A DNA stretch of 64,000 bases, taken from contig CAVURJ010000001.1 of NCBI GenBank assembly GCA_963743885.1, forward strand, positions 12,949-76,948, written 5' to 3'. A program made the translations under genes and the position numbers. Shown piece after piece: positions 45,884-55,111 of this stretch (position 1 is the stretch's first letter; each line of letters starts with the position of its first letter). This stretch comes from Candidatus Moraniibacteriota bacterium (GTDB taxonomy: Bacteria > Patescibacteriota > Minisyncoccia > Moranbacterales > UBA1568). The notes under the pieces were generated by a model that searched no databases, was not told the DNA's origin, and saw only the letters and a program-made list of their open reading frames with translations.

Positions 45884-46425
45884 CATGTGATCCTCTTGTT
45901 TCCAAGACGCATGGACTATATCATCTCCATCGCACATTGCATTAGGAGTGAGGCGCTTCGACTTTTTGCAAAGCCTACTCTCTTGCGAGATAGTCTCTGA
46001 ACCTTCCCTCTCGGGCTTGGCTGCTGATTACCATAATCGCGCTGAACGATCTTAGGCTTCCAGCAATTCACCTCATTTATCACTTTCGGATTTCTCCGAA
46101 AGGCTGCGTAGTTTTTCATGCTCCTCCCTGTGGCAATTCGCGCATATCAGGGTGCATTTTTTCAGTTCTTTCTCAATCCGCTCCCAACTTCTTGTCAGGC
46201 CATCTTGAGATATACCGAAATCTTTCCTTCCATCAATATGATGGAATTCAAGAGCACCGAAACAGCGATTATACCCACAGCGGGAGCATTTTCCGCCTTT
46301 GTATTCGATAGCGCGCAGTCGCATCATCTTACGACGCTTTGCAACGGCCCGCTTCAAATACTCTCGACGGTCAGCATAGGTTCTTGTGTCTGGCATACAT
46401 AAATAAGTATACCACACATGTTTCC
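45884..46425 (-). other. group I (IC3-like) self-splicing intron within tRNA-Asn
   Basis: The 5' exon ends in U and the intron ends in G (omega-G, ...CACAUG|UAA...). The 3' core carries the P7/J6-7 hallmark sequences UUCAGAGACUA and GAUAUAGUCC, a P8-like hairpin CUCUCGCAAGAGAG, and a P9 hairpin GUCUUGG-AAA-CAAGAGGA. The ORF sits near the 5' end, in the P1/P2 region. Confidence 0.75.
46073..46417 (-). CDS. HNH homing endonuclease encoded inside the group I intron
   Basis: 114 aa. CSRCGY...FHHIDG...CANCH, an HNH motif with two CxxC pairs. GTG start is 6 nt after the 5' splice site; an internal Met (MPDTR) is the alternative. Confidence 0.7.
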   Translation of the reverse strand: MWYTYLCMPDTRTYADRREYLKRAVAKRRKMMRLRAIEYKGGKCSRCGYNRCFGALEFHHIDGRKDFGISQDGLTRSWERIEKELKKCTLICANCHREEHEKLRSLSEKSESDK

Positions 46426-46618
46426 ACAGTCACCTGCTCTACCACTGAGCTACGCCGGAATATTCTGTTGTCAAATCGCCCTTTTGGACGATGGCGTCAT
46501 TGTACGCGAAAAGAAAGAAAAAGGCAAGAGAAAGCCCCTGCTTCGCACGGAAGACAGGGGACTTGAGAGATCGGGAAACGTTACCCGAAGGCGAGAACGA
46601 CTTGACCGTGAACAGGTA

Positions 46619-46939
46619 TCAAATCGGCAGCGGCCGTTGACCGAAATTCATCGGGAAAAACGGCGCCACTTCCGGCTGATAAGCATCGTCGCCGAGGGCA
46701 GACTTGAGGACGAACGACGGCTCATCGGATACGGCGCCGGCCATGCACGCGAGCGTCTTTTCGGCTTCAACCGTATTGAGCTTCTGAAGCGCGTATCCGG
46801 TATGGACGATCACATAGTCACCGACCCTGATACCGTCAACCAATGCGAGTGAAACCTCTTTCTGCACGCCATCCATGTCGACGATGGCGCCACCGCCGGC
46901 CGTCAGACTGGCTACTTTCACAGGTATTGCGAGACACAT
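46619..46939 (-). CDS. hypC: [NiFe] hydrogenase maturation factor HypC/HybG family
   Basis: 106 aa. Hallmark N-terminus MCLAIP, then ...VDGIRVGDYVIVHTGYA. Confidence 0.8.
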   Translation of the reverse strand: MCLAIPVKVASLTAGGGAIVDMDGVQKEVSLALVDGIRVGDYVIVHTGYALQKLNTVEAEKTLACMAGAVSDEPSFVLKSALGDDAYQPEVAPFFPMNFGQRPLPI

Positions 46940-47033
46940 GATGTGCTCCTTTTCGTAAGAACTACAGGGAAAATACCCTTCTGAAGCTAGTATATCAAAT
47001 CCCCTGTTTTTCCGATATACTATGAAAAGTCCT

Positions 47034-47059
47034 GGATTCCCGCCTTCGCGGGAATGACA
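47034..47059. repeat. REP/MITE-like hairpin element ggattcccg-ccttc-gcgggaatgaca
   Basis: Palindrome followed by ATGACA. Related copies lie at 47566-47592 (reverse orientation), 47603-47629 and 54204-54230. Confidence 0.6.
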
Positions 47060-47077
47060 GAAGAATAAAACTAACGA

Positions 47078-47095
47078 ATCCGCCAGCTGGCGGAT
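47078..47095. repeat. 18-bp perfect palindrome ATCCGCCAGCTGGCGGAT (second copy)
   Basis: Identical to the core of the bidirectional terminator at 13441-13471. Confidence 0.7.
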
Positions 47096-47115
47096 AAAAA
47101 GCTACAAGCTACCGT

Positions 47116-47496
47116 ATGATTATCCACATCTTTGGCAACCCGGACCTCCCCGAGGATGCTCTCCCGGTCCGGCTCATGCCACGCCTCGAAGCCGCCTTCC
47201 CAGATATCCGCTTCCGCCTGACCGACCCCAATGAGCTCGATCTGCCGAAGCCCGGCGAAGATTTCCTCGCCATCGATACGGTCGATGGACTGAAAGACGT
47301 CCGTGAGATCGGCGTCGATGAGATCGCGGCACAGAAAGCCCGCTCCACCGCCCATGACTACGACTTCGCTTCCTGGCTCCTCCTCGCACAGAAGCTCCGT
47401 CCCGGGCTCCATGCCCACATCATCGGCATCCCCATGGAGACCGATGAAGCATCAGCTCTTGCCGAGCTCATCCCGCTGATCAAACAGCTCGACTAA
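47116..47496 (+). CDS. hydrogenase maturation endopeptidase (HycI/HybD/HoxW family)
   Basis: 126 aa. Family pattern IFGNPDLPED (GN...DD-like metal-ligand region)...LAIDTVDG...THDYDFASWL...IIGIPME, with spacing consistent with the Asp/Asp/His Ni-binding triad. Confidence 0.55.
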   Translation: MIIHIFGNPDLPEDALPVRLMPRLEAAFPDIRFRLTDPNELDLPKPGEDFLAIDTVDGLKDVREIGVDEIAAQKARSTAHDYDFASWLLLAQKLRPGLHAHIIGIPMETDEASALAELIPLIKQLD

Positions 47497-47503
47497 AAGA
47501 CAA

Positions 47504-47535
47504 AGCCGCCCTCCGATGTGTTGGGCGGTTTTTTC
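47504..47535 (+). terminator. rho-independent terminator after the maturation protease gene
   Basis: agccgccc-11 nt-gggcggtt followed by tttttt. Confidence 0.7.
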
Positions 47536-47565
47536 ATGTGCTTTGAATTACGAAACCCTTTTTTC

Positions 47566-47629
47566 TGTCATTCCGGCCTCCGAGCCGGAATCTAGAAGAA
47601 CTGGATCCCGGGTCAAGCCCGGGATGACA
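47566..47629. repeat. two adjacent REP/MITE-like hairpin elements, one in reverse and one in forward orientation
   Basis: tgtcattccggc-ctccga-gccggaatc (47566-47592), then ggatcccggg-tcaa-gcccgggatgaca (47603-47629). Confidence 0.6.
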
Positions 47630-47645
47630 AAGATAAACTAGGTTA

Positions 47646-48947
47646 CTATATCTCTCTCAGCTTGAGCTTGAGGAAATGCGAAGCGCAGCTCATGCACGGA
47701 TCATAAGCACGGATGATCTTCTCGCACTCGAGCGAAAGTGCATCATGATCCATCGAAAGATTCTCCTGGATGAACTTGCCGAGGTCGGCCTCGATTGTGA
47801 TCTGGTTCTGACCGGTCGGAACAATCACCTCGCCGCGAAGCACTACGCCCTTCTCATCGGTCTCATACTTGTGATAGAGCGTACCGCGCGGCGCTTCGAC
47901 GACGCCGACGCAGACCGTCGCCTTGGGCACGACATGCTGGAGCGGCTCCTTGACGAATGTCCACTTCGAAAGAATGTCCAACGCCTCATCCACGCTATGA
48001 AGCATCGCGATCGCCTGGGCGAGATTGTTGTGATAGACATCGTGCGATGGGAACTTCTTGAGCGCCTCTGCGGCATCACGACGGGTGTCTGGATGAAGCG
48101 TCTCTTGTGAGAGATTGATGCGCGCGAGCGCGCCCACGCGATACGCCTGACCATCAAACTTGTAACCGGACGCTTCCGAATACGGGATAACGACACGCTC
48201 GAGATGGTCGCGATAACCGCTCTCATCAGCCACTTTTCCGTTCATATCCCAGAGCTCGCCTTCGAAATAGGAAAACGGATTGGCCTTGAGCGCGATGTAG
48301 TTGGTCTCGCGCACCAGCGAGAATGGGCAGTTCATGAAGATATCGATGGCACGAAGCACCGCCGGACGGATTTCCTTGAGCTCTTCGATCGAGTGTTTCA
48401 TCTCCTCCGCCTCCGGCACGTGCGCGAAACCGCCCGGCATAAGAAACGGCGCATGCACGCTCCGGCCGCCAGCCAAGATCGCTAGATGATTGCCAGCTCC
48501 CTTGATCTCAAAGGCGTCATGAAGTACCTGGTGCTCGGCCGGGTCGCTCTCATCAAACTCAAGGAGCGAATCCTTGCCGTACATATCCGGCATCACGAAC
48601 ATATACAGATGGAGCGCGTGGTCGCGGAGGATGAGACCATGGTACGTGAGGGCACGGAGCGCCTTGGTCTGTTCGGTCGGTACGAGGCCGAAACCTTTCT
48701 CGATCGCCTCGATGCTTGCCATGAGATGCGCATTGGAACAGGTGCCGCAGATACGGGAAAGAAGCTGCGGGATGGCCATGATTGGCTTGCCGACCATCGC
48801 CTGCGTGAAGAAACGCTTGTACTCATTGATAGCGAACTGCACGGATTCTACCTTGCCGTCGCTTATGAGCACGTCGAGACCGGCCGAGCCTTCGATCTTG
48901 GTGATCTCCTTGATGCTGAACCTGCTGTGATCAGATACCTGGTGCAT
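47646..48947 (-). CDS. [NiFe] hydrogenase large subunit (cytoplasmic group 3-like)
   Basis: 433 aa. N-terminal Ni-binding motif RICGTCSNAH. C-terminal motif DPCMSCASH. Confidence 0.9.
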   Translation of the reverse strand: MHQVSDHSRFSIKEITKIEGSAGLDVLISDGKVESVQFAINEYKRFFTQAMVGKPIMAIPQLLSRICGTCSNAHLMASIEAIEKGFGLVPTEQTKALRALTYHGLILRDHALHLYMFVMPDMYGKDSLLEFDESDPAEHQVLHDAFEIKGAGNHLAILAGGRSVHAPFLMPGGFAHVPEAEEMKHSIEELKEIRPAVLRAIDIFMNCPFSLVRETNYIALKANPFSYFEGELWDMNGKVADESGYRDHLERVVIPYSEASGYKFDGQAYRVGALARINLSQETLHPDTRRDAAEALKKFPSHDVYHNNLAQAIAMLHSVDEALDILSKWTFVKEPLQHVVPKATVCVGVVEAPRGTLYHKYETDEKGVVLRGEVIVPTGQNQITIEADLGKFIQENLSMDHDALSLECEKIIRAYDPCMSCASHFLKLKLREI

Positions 48948-48992
48948 ATTACCAAAAAGTTACAAGAGACAAGTTACAAGAAACAAAAAATG

Positions 48993-49493
48993 CTACTCGG
49001 CTTTCTCTAAAGCCGGGACGATACCGAATTCCACGAGCGCGTCGTTCACGACCTTCACGAACGCGGCCTCCTGCATCGGGCAGCCATTCACTGCGGCATC
49101 CACCGTGATGATCTCATCGAGCCTCTTCGCTTTCTTCCCATAGTGGAACTTCTCCAGAAGGAAACTAATCTTCTTCTCCACTTCCTCGGGGAATTCGTTC
49201 CGCTGCGTGGAGAAATTGCCAGCCACGGCGCACGAGCCGATCGCGACCACCTTCTTCGCTAGGCGGCGGATCTCAAGCAATTTTTCTTCCTGATCCGGCG
49301 CGGCGATCGCCCCCTCGACGAACGCAACATCCATCTCATCCATCACATTCTTTGACTTGAGCACCTTGGCGTAGCGGATATCGAGAAGCGGCAGCCACTC
49401 CTGATAGTGGTCATTCAAGATCTCGGTAAACATGACCGTACTATCCTCGCAGCACGAGAACGAGAACCAGCCGATACGAAGCTTCTTGCCCAT
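48993..49493 (-). CDS. [NiFe] hydrogenase small subunit (NuoB-like FeS subunit)
   Basis: About 166 aa from MGKKLRIGWFSFSCCEDS...GSCAVAG. Confidence 0.85.
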   Translation of the reverse strand: MGKKLRIGWFSFSCCEDSTVMFTEILNDHYQEWLPLLDIRYAKVLKSKNVMDEMDVAFVEGAIAAPDQEEKLLEIRRLAKKVVAIGSCAVAGNFSTQRNEFPEEVEKKISFLLEKFHYGKKAKRLDEIITVDAAVNGCPMQEAAFVKVVNDALVEFGIVPALEKAE

Positions 49494-49525
49494 AGATTCA
49501 AAAAAGAATTTATTATGCCTCCATT

Positions 49526-49559
49526 GTAACACAAAACCCCGCCTATCAGACGGGGTTTG
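49526..49559 (-). terminator. terminator of rpoD (minus strand)
   Basis: ccccg-cctatcaga-cgggg, flanked so that the minus-strand reading is followed by uuuguguu. Confidence 0.6.
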
Positions 49560-49605
49560 TTCATTGCTCTTTGTTCACTGTTCCTTGCTCCCTGCTCACT
49601 GACCC

Positions 49606-51000
<1,395 letters not shown>

Positions 51001-51084
51001 AAGATTACTGACAAATATTCAGACGACGAAAGGCGGATGAAGACCCGCCGGATACCGTATCATAGCAGTTTTACCGGAAATCCG

Positions 51085-52896
51085 CTACTTCTCCGAGGAG
51101 ACTTTCACGAATTCCGCGAGCAGCCCCTTCTCTGCTTCCCGATCGCCAAGTTTCCTCGCCGCATAGATCGCCCGCTCGAGAGAGACAAGCTTTTCGCGCC
51201 GCGTCACCTCCCGCGTCAGATCCTCAAGGTACCGCTTGGCCATCGCCACCATGATACCGGACCGCTCTTCCTCTGGAGCGTTGGCCACCTCCGGCGTCTC
51301 AAGTGCTCGGAATGAGAGCCTCGCGGCATCCTGCTTCTTCGCCGTATCCTCAATGAGCGACAAGGGATCGCCTGCTCCAGCCTGGATAACGAAGAAAGAA
51401 AGCGGGTGCTGCCCTATCCATGTCTTCGTCTCCAGATCAGCAGATGGGTCATCGAGCACCGTCCGGACTAGCGGCTCCGCGATAGCGAGACCGATCAGCT
51501 CCTCGCGTAGAAGCTCCGAACGCTTGCCGAACACATGCGCATTCCTGATCGGATCCTCCACCTTCGCCGCCGGCTGATACGGAAGATCCCGACGTTGCTT
51601 CGCATCGAACGCAGCATTCACGACACCGATGACGATGCGCTCCTCCGTCCCAATCTCCCGGGCGAGCTCCTTGATCCAATGGGCGCGCTCGATCGGATTC
51701 TTCACAACCGCGAGAAACCCCGCATACTCATCGACGATCTTGCGCTTGCCTTCCGGCGTCGTCCGATCATGTAAAGCGAGGACAGCATCGAGAAAATACC
51801 GAGGCGCCGGCACCGATGCTGCTACCGACTCCCGGAGCTTCTCCGGACTTTCCTTGCCCATATCCGCTGCGTCCTTGCCCGAAGGAATAGCGACGAGAGT
51901 CACCGACATTTCCTTTTCTAGAGCCGCTTCCGCGCTCTTGCGGGCCGCCTTCTGACCGGCACCGTCCATATCGAAGAAAAGCTTGAGATCGTTACCATAG
52001 CGCTTCATGAGCGTGAGCTGCTCATCAGTGAGCGCCGTCCCGGATACCGCTACGGTATTGCCGATCCCAGCCTGGTGCATCGCGATGACATCCATATTCC
52101 CCTCGACGATCACTGCTCCACCTGCCTGCTTCATCGCCTGCTTGGCCAGATACAGTCCATAGAGCGCCCGGCTCTTGTGATACACCGCCGTCTCGGGAGT
52201 ATTGATATACTTGGCCTGCGATTCATCTCCTCCCGGCGCCACGCGTGCCGAATAGCCGATCACCCGGCCGAAGATATCGAGGATTGGAAACATGATGCGG
52301 TCACGAAAACGGTCATACTGTCCGTTACCACCTTCTTTCTTGATCGCCATGCCGGCATGCTCGATCTCATCCAGCCGATATCCCTTATCGACCAGAAACT
52401 CCAGCATGTGCCGCCAGCCGTCAGGCGCATAGCCAAGCCGGAACGTCTTGATACTCTCATCGGAAAGCCCGCGTCCACGGAGATACTCAAGGATCTTTCC
52501 CTTACCAGGCCCATCCCAGAGCTGCTTCTCATAGAACTTCGTCGCGAGCTCGAGCAGATCGAAGATACGGTCCTTCTCTTCCTTGTTCTCCTTGGCCGCA
52601 CCGCTGTTGTATTCTGGCAACTCCACGCCGGCACGCTCAGCGAGCATCCGGAGCGCCTCCTTGAACTCGAGTCCTTCGATCTCCATCACAAACGCGAAGA
52701 CATCGCCACCCTTGCCGCAGCCGAAGCAGTGCCACATGTTCTTCTCCTCGTTCACCATGAAAGACGGCGTCCGCTCCTGATGGAACGGGCAACAAGCCTT
52801 CCAGTGCACCCCGGACTTCGTGAGCTGGACGTACGATCCGATGAGCTCGACGATATTGAGACGCGCCTTGATTTCGTCTGTAGTTCCCGCACTCAT
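51085..52896 (-). CDS. dnaG: DNA primase
   Basis: 603 aa. Zinc ribbon CPFHQERTPSF...CFGCGKGGD. TOPRIM motifs EGNMDVIAMHQAG and DMDGAG. Confidence 0.9.
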   Translation of the reverse strand: MSAGTTDEIKARLNIVELIGSYVQLTKSGVHWKACCPFHQERTPSFMVNEEKNMWHCFGCGKGGDVFAFVMEIEGLEFKEALRMLAERAGVELPEYNSGAAKENKEEKDRIFDLLELATKFYEKQLWDGPGKGKILEYLRGRGLSDESIKTFRLGYAPDGWRHMLEFLVDKGYRLDEIEHAGMAIKKEGGNGQYDRFRDRIMFPILDIFGRVIGYSARVAPGGDESQAKYINTPETAVYHKSRALYGLYLAKQAMKQAGGAVIVEGNMDVIAMHQAGIGNTVAVSGTALTDEQLTLMKRYGNDLKLFFDMDGAGQKAARKSAEAALEKEMSVTLVAIPSGKDAADMGKESPEKLRESVAASVPAPRYFLDAVLALHDRTTPEGKRKIVDEYAGFLAVVKNPIERAHWIKELAREIGTEERIVIGVVNAAFDAKQRRDLPYQPAAKVEDPIRNAHVFGKRSELLREELIGLAIAEPLVRTVLDDPSADLETKTWIGQHPLSFFVIQAGAGDPLSLIEDTAKKQDAARLSFRALETPEVANAPEEERSGIMVAMAKRYLEDLTREVTRREKLVSLERAIYAARKLGDREAEKGLLAEFVKVSSEK

Positions 52897-53042
52897 ATAC
52901 TCCCGTGAAGCAATATTGGATTCTTTCCCTTAGAGTAGCGCTAAATGGCTCTAAAAAGCAAGAAAAAACATCTCTTTAATAGAAATAGGGAAGAAAAACC
53001 CTTACCATACCATTTTCCGACTCTCTTAATCCTCTTTTTATT

Positions 53043-53080
53043 TGTACATATTTTACTACGACCGTAGTAAAATATGTACA
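53043..53080. promoter_or_regulatory. 38-bp perfect palindrome (copy 1), between the PaaX-like gene and the dnaG start
   Basis: tgtacatattttactacg-ac-cgtagtaaaatatgtaca. Confidence 0.7.
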
Positions 53081-53127
53081 CGAGCAAAGACAAGAAAACG
53101 AGAGTCGTAACAAGAAATCATCGGCAA

Positions 53128-53808
53128 CTACTTGAGACCGAACTCCTTCTTAAGCCAGTCATTATTCTCTATCTCCCCTGCCACGATATAGACAAGCTCT
53201 TTCCCCATCTTGTACTGAGCCTTGAGCAGCGCTATGACCCGCTCACACTCATACGGATACACCCACACGCTCTCCTGAAGCTTCACAAAACCAAATGAGC
53301 GCATATCCTCACGAGCATGATCCCTGAGGTGCCGCTTCTTCTCTTCAATATCAAAAATAACTATCCGCCATTTCCCATCCCAGCGCCAACGCTTGAGCGA
53401 TCGCTCTTTCAGCTGATACCGAAGCAATTCTTGCCGACCCTTTTCTGTCAGCCGAACCACTGTTTCACCATCTCTTAGAAAGATAGTCACCATCCCTCGA
53501 CGAGCAAGGCGTTTCACGGCTTCTCGAGCGAAAGCCTCAGAATAATAGCGCCGATGAAGCTTTTTCCCGCGCTTCTCAAATATTTTCACTGCCTGCACGA
53601 TATTCGGCGCTGCAAGTGCAATCGTCATCAAACCAGCAACTGCCACAGCCCCAAGCAAAGCCGACCCTACAAGACCATACGGGAGACGCTCCTTCTTTTC
53701 CTGCTTTCTTATCGATTTTCCCTGCCGATTCTTACTATCATCCGAAGTCGACTTTTCACTTTTCGAACCAGTTTTTTTCTTACCTGTTTCCATATGATTT
53801 ATTTTCAT
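53128..53808 (-). CDS. PaaX-like (PaaX_C domain) putative transcriptional regulator
   Basis: About 226 aa from MKINHMETG. C-terminal ...WRIVIFDIEEKKRHLRDHAREDMRSFGFVKLQESVWVYP resembles PaaX_C. The longer track ORF to 53952 would read through the upstream palindrome. Confidence 0.5.
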   Translation of the reverse strand: MKINHMETGKKKTGSKSEKSTSDDSKNRQGKSIRKQEKKERLPYGLVGSALLGAVAVAGLMTIALAAPNIVQAVKIFEKRGKKLHRRYYSEAFAREAVKRLARRGMVTIFLRDGETVVRLTEKGRQELLRYQLKERSLKRWRWDGKWRIVIFDIEEKKRHLRDHAREDMRSFGFVKLQESVWVYPYECERVIALLKAQYKMGKELVYIVAGEIENNDWLKKEFGLK

Positions 53809-53856
53809 ACGTCTTATTTTTTGTATTATACTACCTCCTCGTGCCACCCATCTCTC

Positions 53857-53894
53857 TGTACACATTTTACTACGGTCGTAGTAAAATGTGTACA
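53857..53894. promoter_or_regulatory. 38-bp perfect palindrome (copy 2), about 50 bp upstream of the PaaX-like gene start
   Basis: tgtacacattttactacg-gt-cgtagtaaaatgtgtaca. It differs from copy 1 only at symmetric positions and at the centre. Confidence 0.7.
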
Positions 53895-54082
53895 GTACAG
53901 AAAAAAAACGGTGGGGTGGTATTACTGGTGAGAAATAGAGGGAATAGCACAACGAGAGGAAGATTTATACTTAGTGAATCTCCCACAGGCTTACGCTCAG
54001 TGGTTTTTTGATATTCAAACAGCATAGCTGTTTGCCACACTTAAGTGCGAAGTGCCCCCATCCAACGGGCTTACGCCCGGGG

Positions 54083-54110
54083 ATTTGTACACACTATTAA
54101 GAAAATCTCC
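54083..54110. terminator. bidirectional terminator
   Basis: aaaatctcccg-ataaaa-cgggagatttt flanked by A-run and T-run. Confidence 0.75.
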
Positions 54111-54203
54111 CGATAAAACGGGAGATTTTTGACTTATTATGCCGCTCTTCCTGCCTGCTGGTAGGCATGGGATGCGGGATCCAGGTTTTCTTTCCGAATC
54201 TTT

Positions 54204-54230
54204 GGATCCTGGGTCGAGCCCGGGATGACC
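54204..54230. repeat. REP/MITE-like hairpin element ggatcctggg-tcga-gcccgggatgacc
   Basis: Same family as 47034, 47566 and 47603. It lies adjacent to an 18-mer cctgcctgctggtaggca (54150-54167) that recurs at 11604-11621 with one mismatch. Confidence 0.6.
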
Positions 54231-54247
54231 ATTCGACAGACTCATGG

Positions 54248-55036
54248 TCATTTATTCCCGACGATGACGAGGATATCGGTGCCGGGGTTCGCTTCGCCCT
54301 CAGGCAGCGTACCAACCATGCCGCCAAGGCTCTCAGCTATGCTCTTGGCCAGATCAGCATGCTTACCGGACAGGTCAATGACGAGATTCCCCTGGTAATC
54401 ATTCTTCGCGGCCTTCTCCTTCGCCACCACTTCGGTATCCGCAAACGCAGCCTTGATGTCGCTCTCAAGCGTGTTCGTTACCCCTACTTTCGTAGAACCA
54501 TTATAGAGAGCTACCGTTACATGCGTAACCTCGGAAGTCGCCTCAGAGGTACTCTGTTCCGACACCGGAGCGATAGGAGTAGTCTCGGTCGCAGGCGCAG
54601 ATGTTTGTGTTGGCTGTTGGCTATTGGCTACTCCCTGGTTCACATTGACCGTCGTCACATCGACGATCTTCTTCGTGCTCGGACGATAGAGGATTGCCCG
54701 ACCGCTATTGGTATAGATGAGCACCTTATCGCCATTCTCTGCCCGCTGGAAAAAAGGCTGCTCTGCGAGCTTCTCCCGATCGGTCACAGTCGCCAGGGTC
54801 GGAGTCTCCCCCGTCGGCAGTTCGAGCACATCCCCGATAGTCTTGGTCAGATTCGCTATCTCATCGCTCTCCGCAGCAGGCACGGCATGCTTGTACTGAT
54901 AGTAGAAGTATCCCGCAACACCGAAAGAAATCAGAAGGAGGAACACCAAAACAACGATGACCGGCAAAGCCCGGTTCGAATGCACGATGGCAACCGGCTC
55001 GGCTGCTATTGATTTTTGTTTCACTGCCCGAGGCAT
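54248..55036 (-). CDS. hypothetical N-terminally anchored exported protein
   Basis: 262 aa. A single TM helix after a short cytoplasmic tail. The C-terminal domain is unassigned. Confidence 0.45.
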   Translation of the reverse strand: MPRAVKQKSIAAEPVAIVHSNRALPVIVVLVFLLLISFGVAGYFYYQYKHAVPAAESDEIANLTKTIGDVLELPTGETPTLATVTDREKLAEQPFFQRAENGDKVLIYTNSGRAILYRPSTKKIVDVTTVNVNQGVANSQQPTQTSAPATETTPIAPVSEQSTSEATSEVTHVTVALYNGSTKVGVTNTLESDIKAAFADTEVVAKEKAAKNDYQGNLVIDLSGKHADLAKSIAESLGGMVGTLPEGEANPGTDILVIVGNK

Positions 55037-55111
55037 TGTGTTTCCGTATGAATACTTCTTCTGCCATTATACTCCACCAGAGAAACAATCAGCAAGAGAA
55101 AAAGGGGTATG

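Larger units (their letters stand above)
45846..46459 (-). tRNA. tRNA-Asn(GUU) interrupted by a 542-nt group I intron between anticodon positions 35 and 36. Exon 1 is 46459-46426; exon 2 is 45883-45846.
   Basis: Exon 1 is UCCGGCG-UA-GCUC-AGUGGUA-GAGC-A-GGUGA-CUGU. Exon 2 is UAA-UCACU-UGGUC-AUAGG-UUCGAAU-CCUAU-CGCCGGA-G. Joined, they give a canonical cloverleaf: 7-bp acceptor stem, T-loop UUCGAAU, anticodon loop CUGUUAA, discriminator G73. CCA is not encoded. Confidence 0.8.

Noticed and set aside
45674-46072. Possibility that the two tRNA halves are attL/attR remnants of an integrated element rather than an intron
   Set aside because: An integration would leave one complete tRNA plus a 3' fragment. 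Here neither half is complete, the halves are exactly complementary across the acceptor stem, and the intervening sequence carries the group I P7/P8/P9 core.
45846-46459. Initial reading of the split tRNA as tRNA-His(GUG) with the break after position 38
   Set aside because: That junction gives neither a U at the 5' exon end nor a terminal G for the intron, and G73 is atypical for His. Placing the junction after U35 satisfies the group I rules, gives a 7-nt loop CUGUUAA (anticodon GUU), and the G73 discriminator then fits Asn.
53809-53952. N-terminal extension of the PaaX-like gene to 53952
   Set aside because: It would translate the 38-bp palindrome. The downstream Met (53808 or 53793) has better context.
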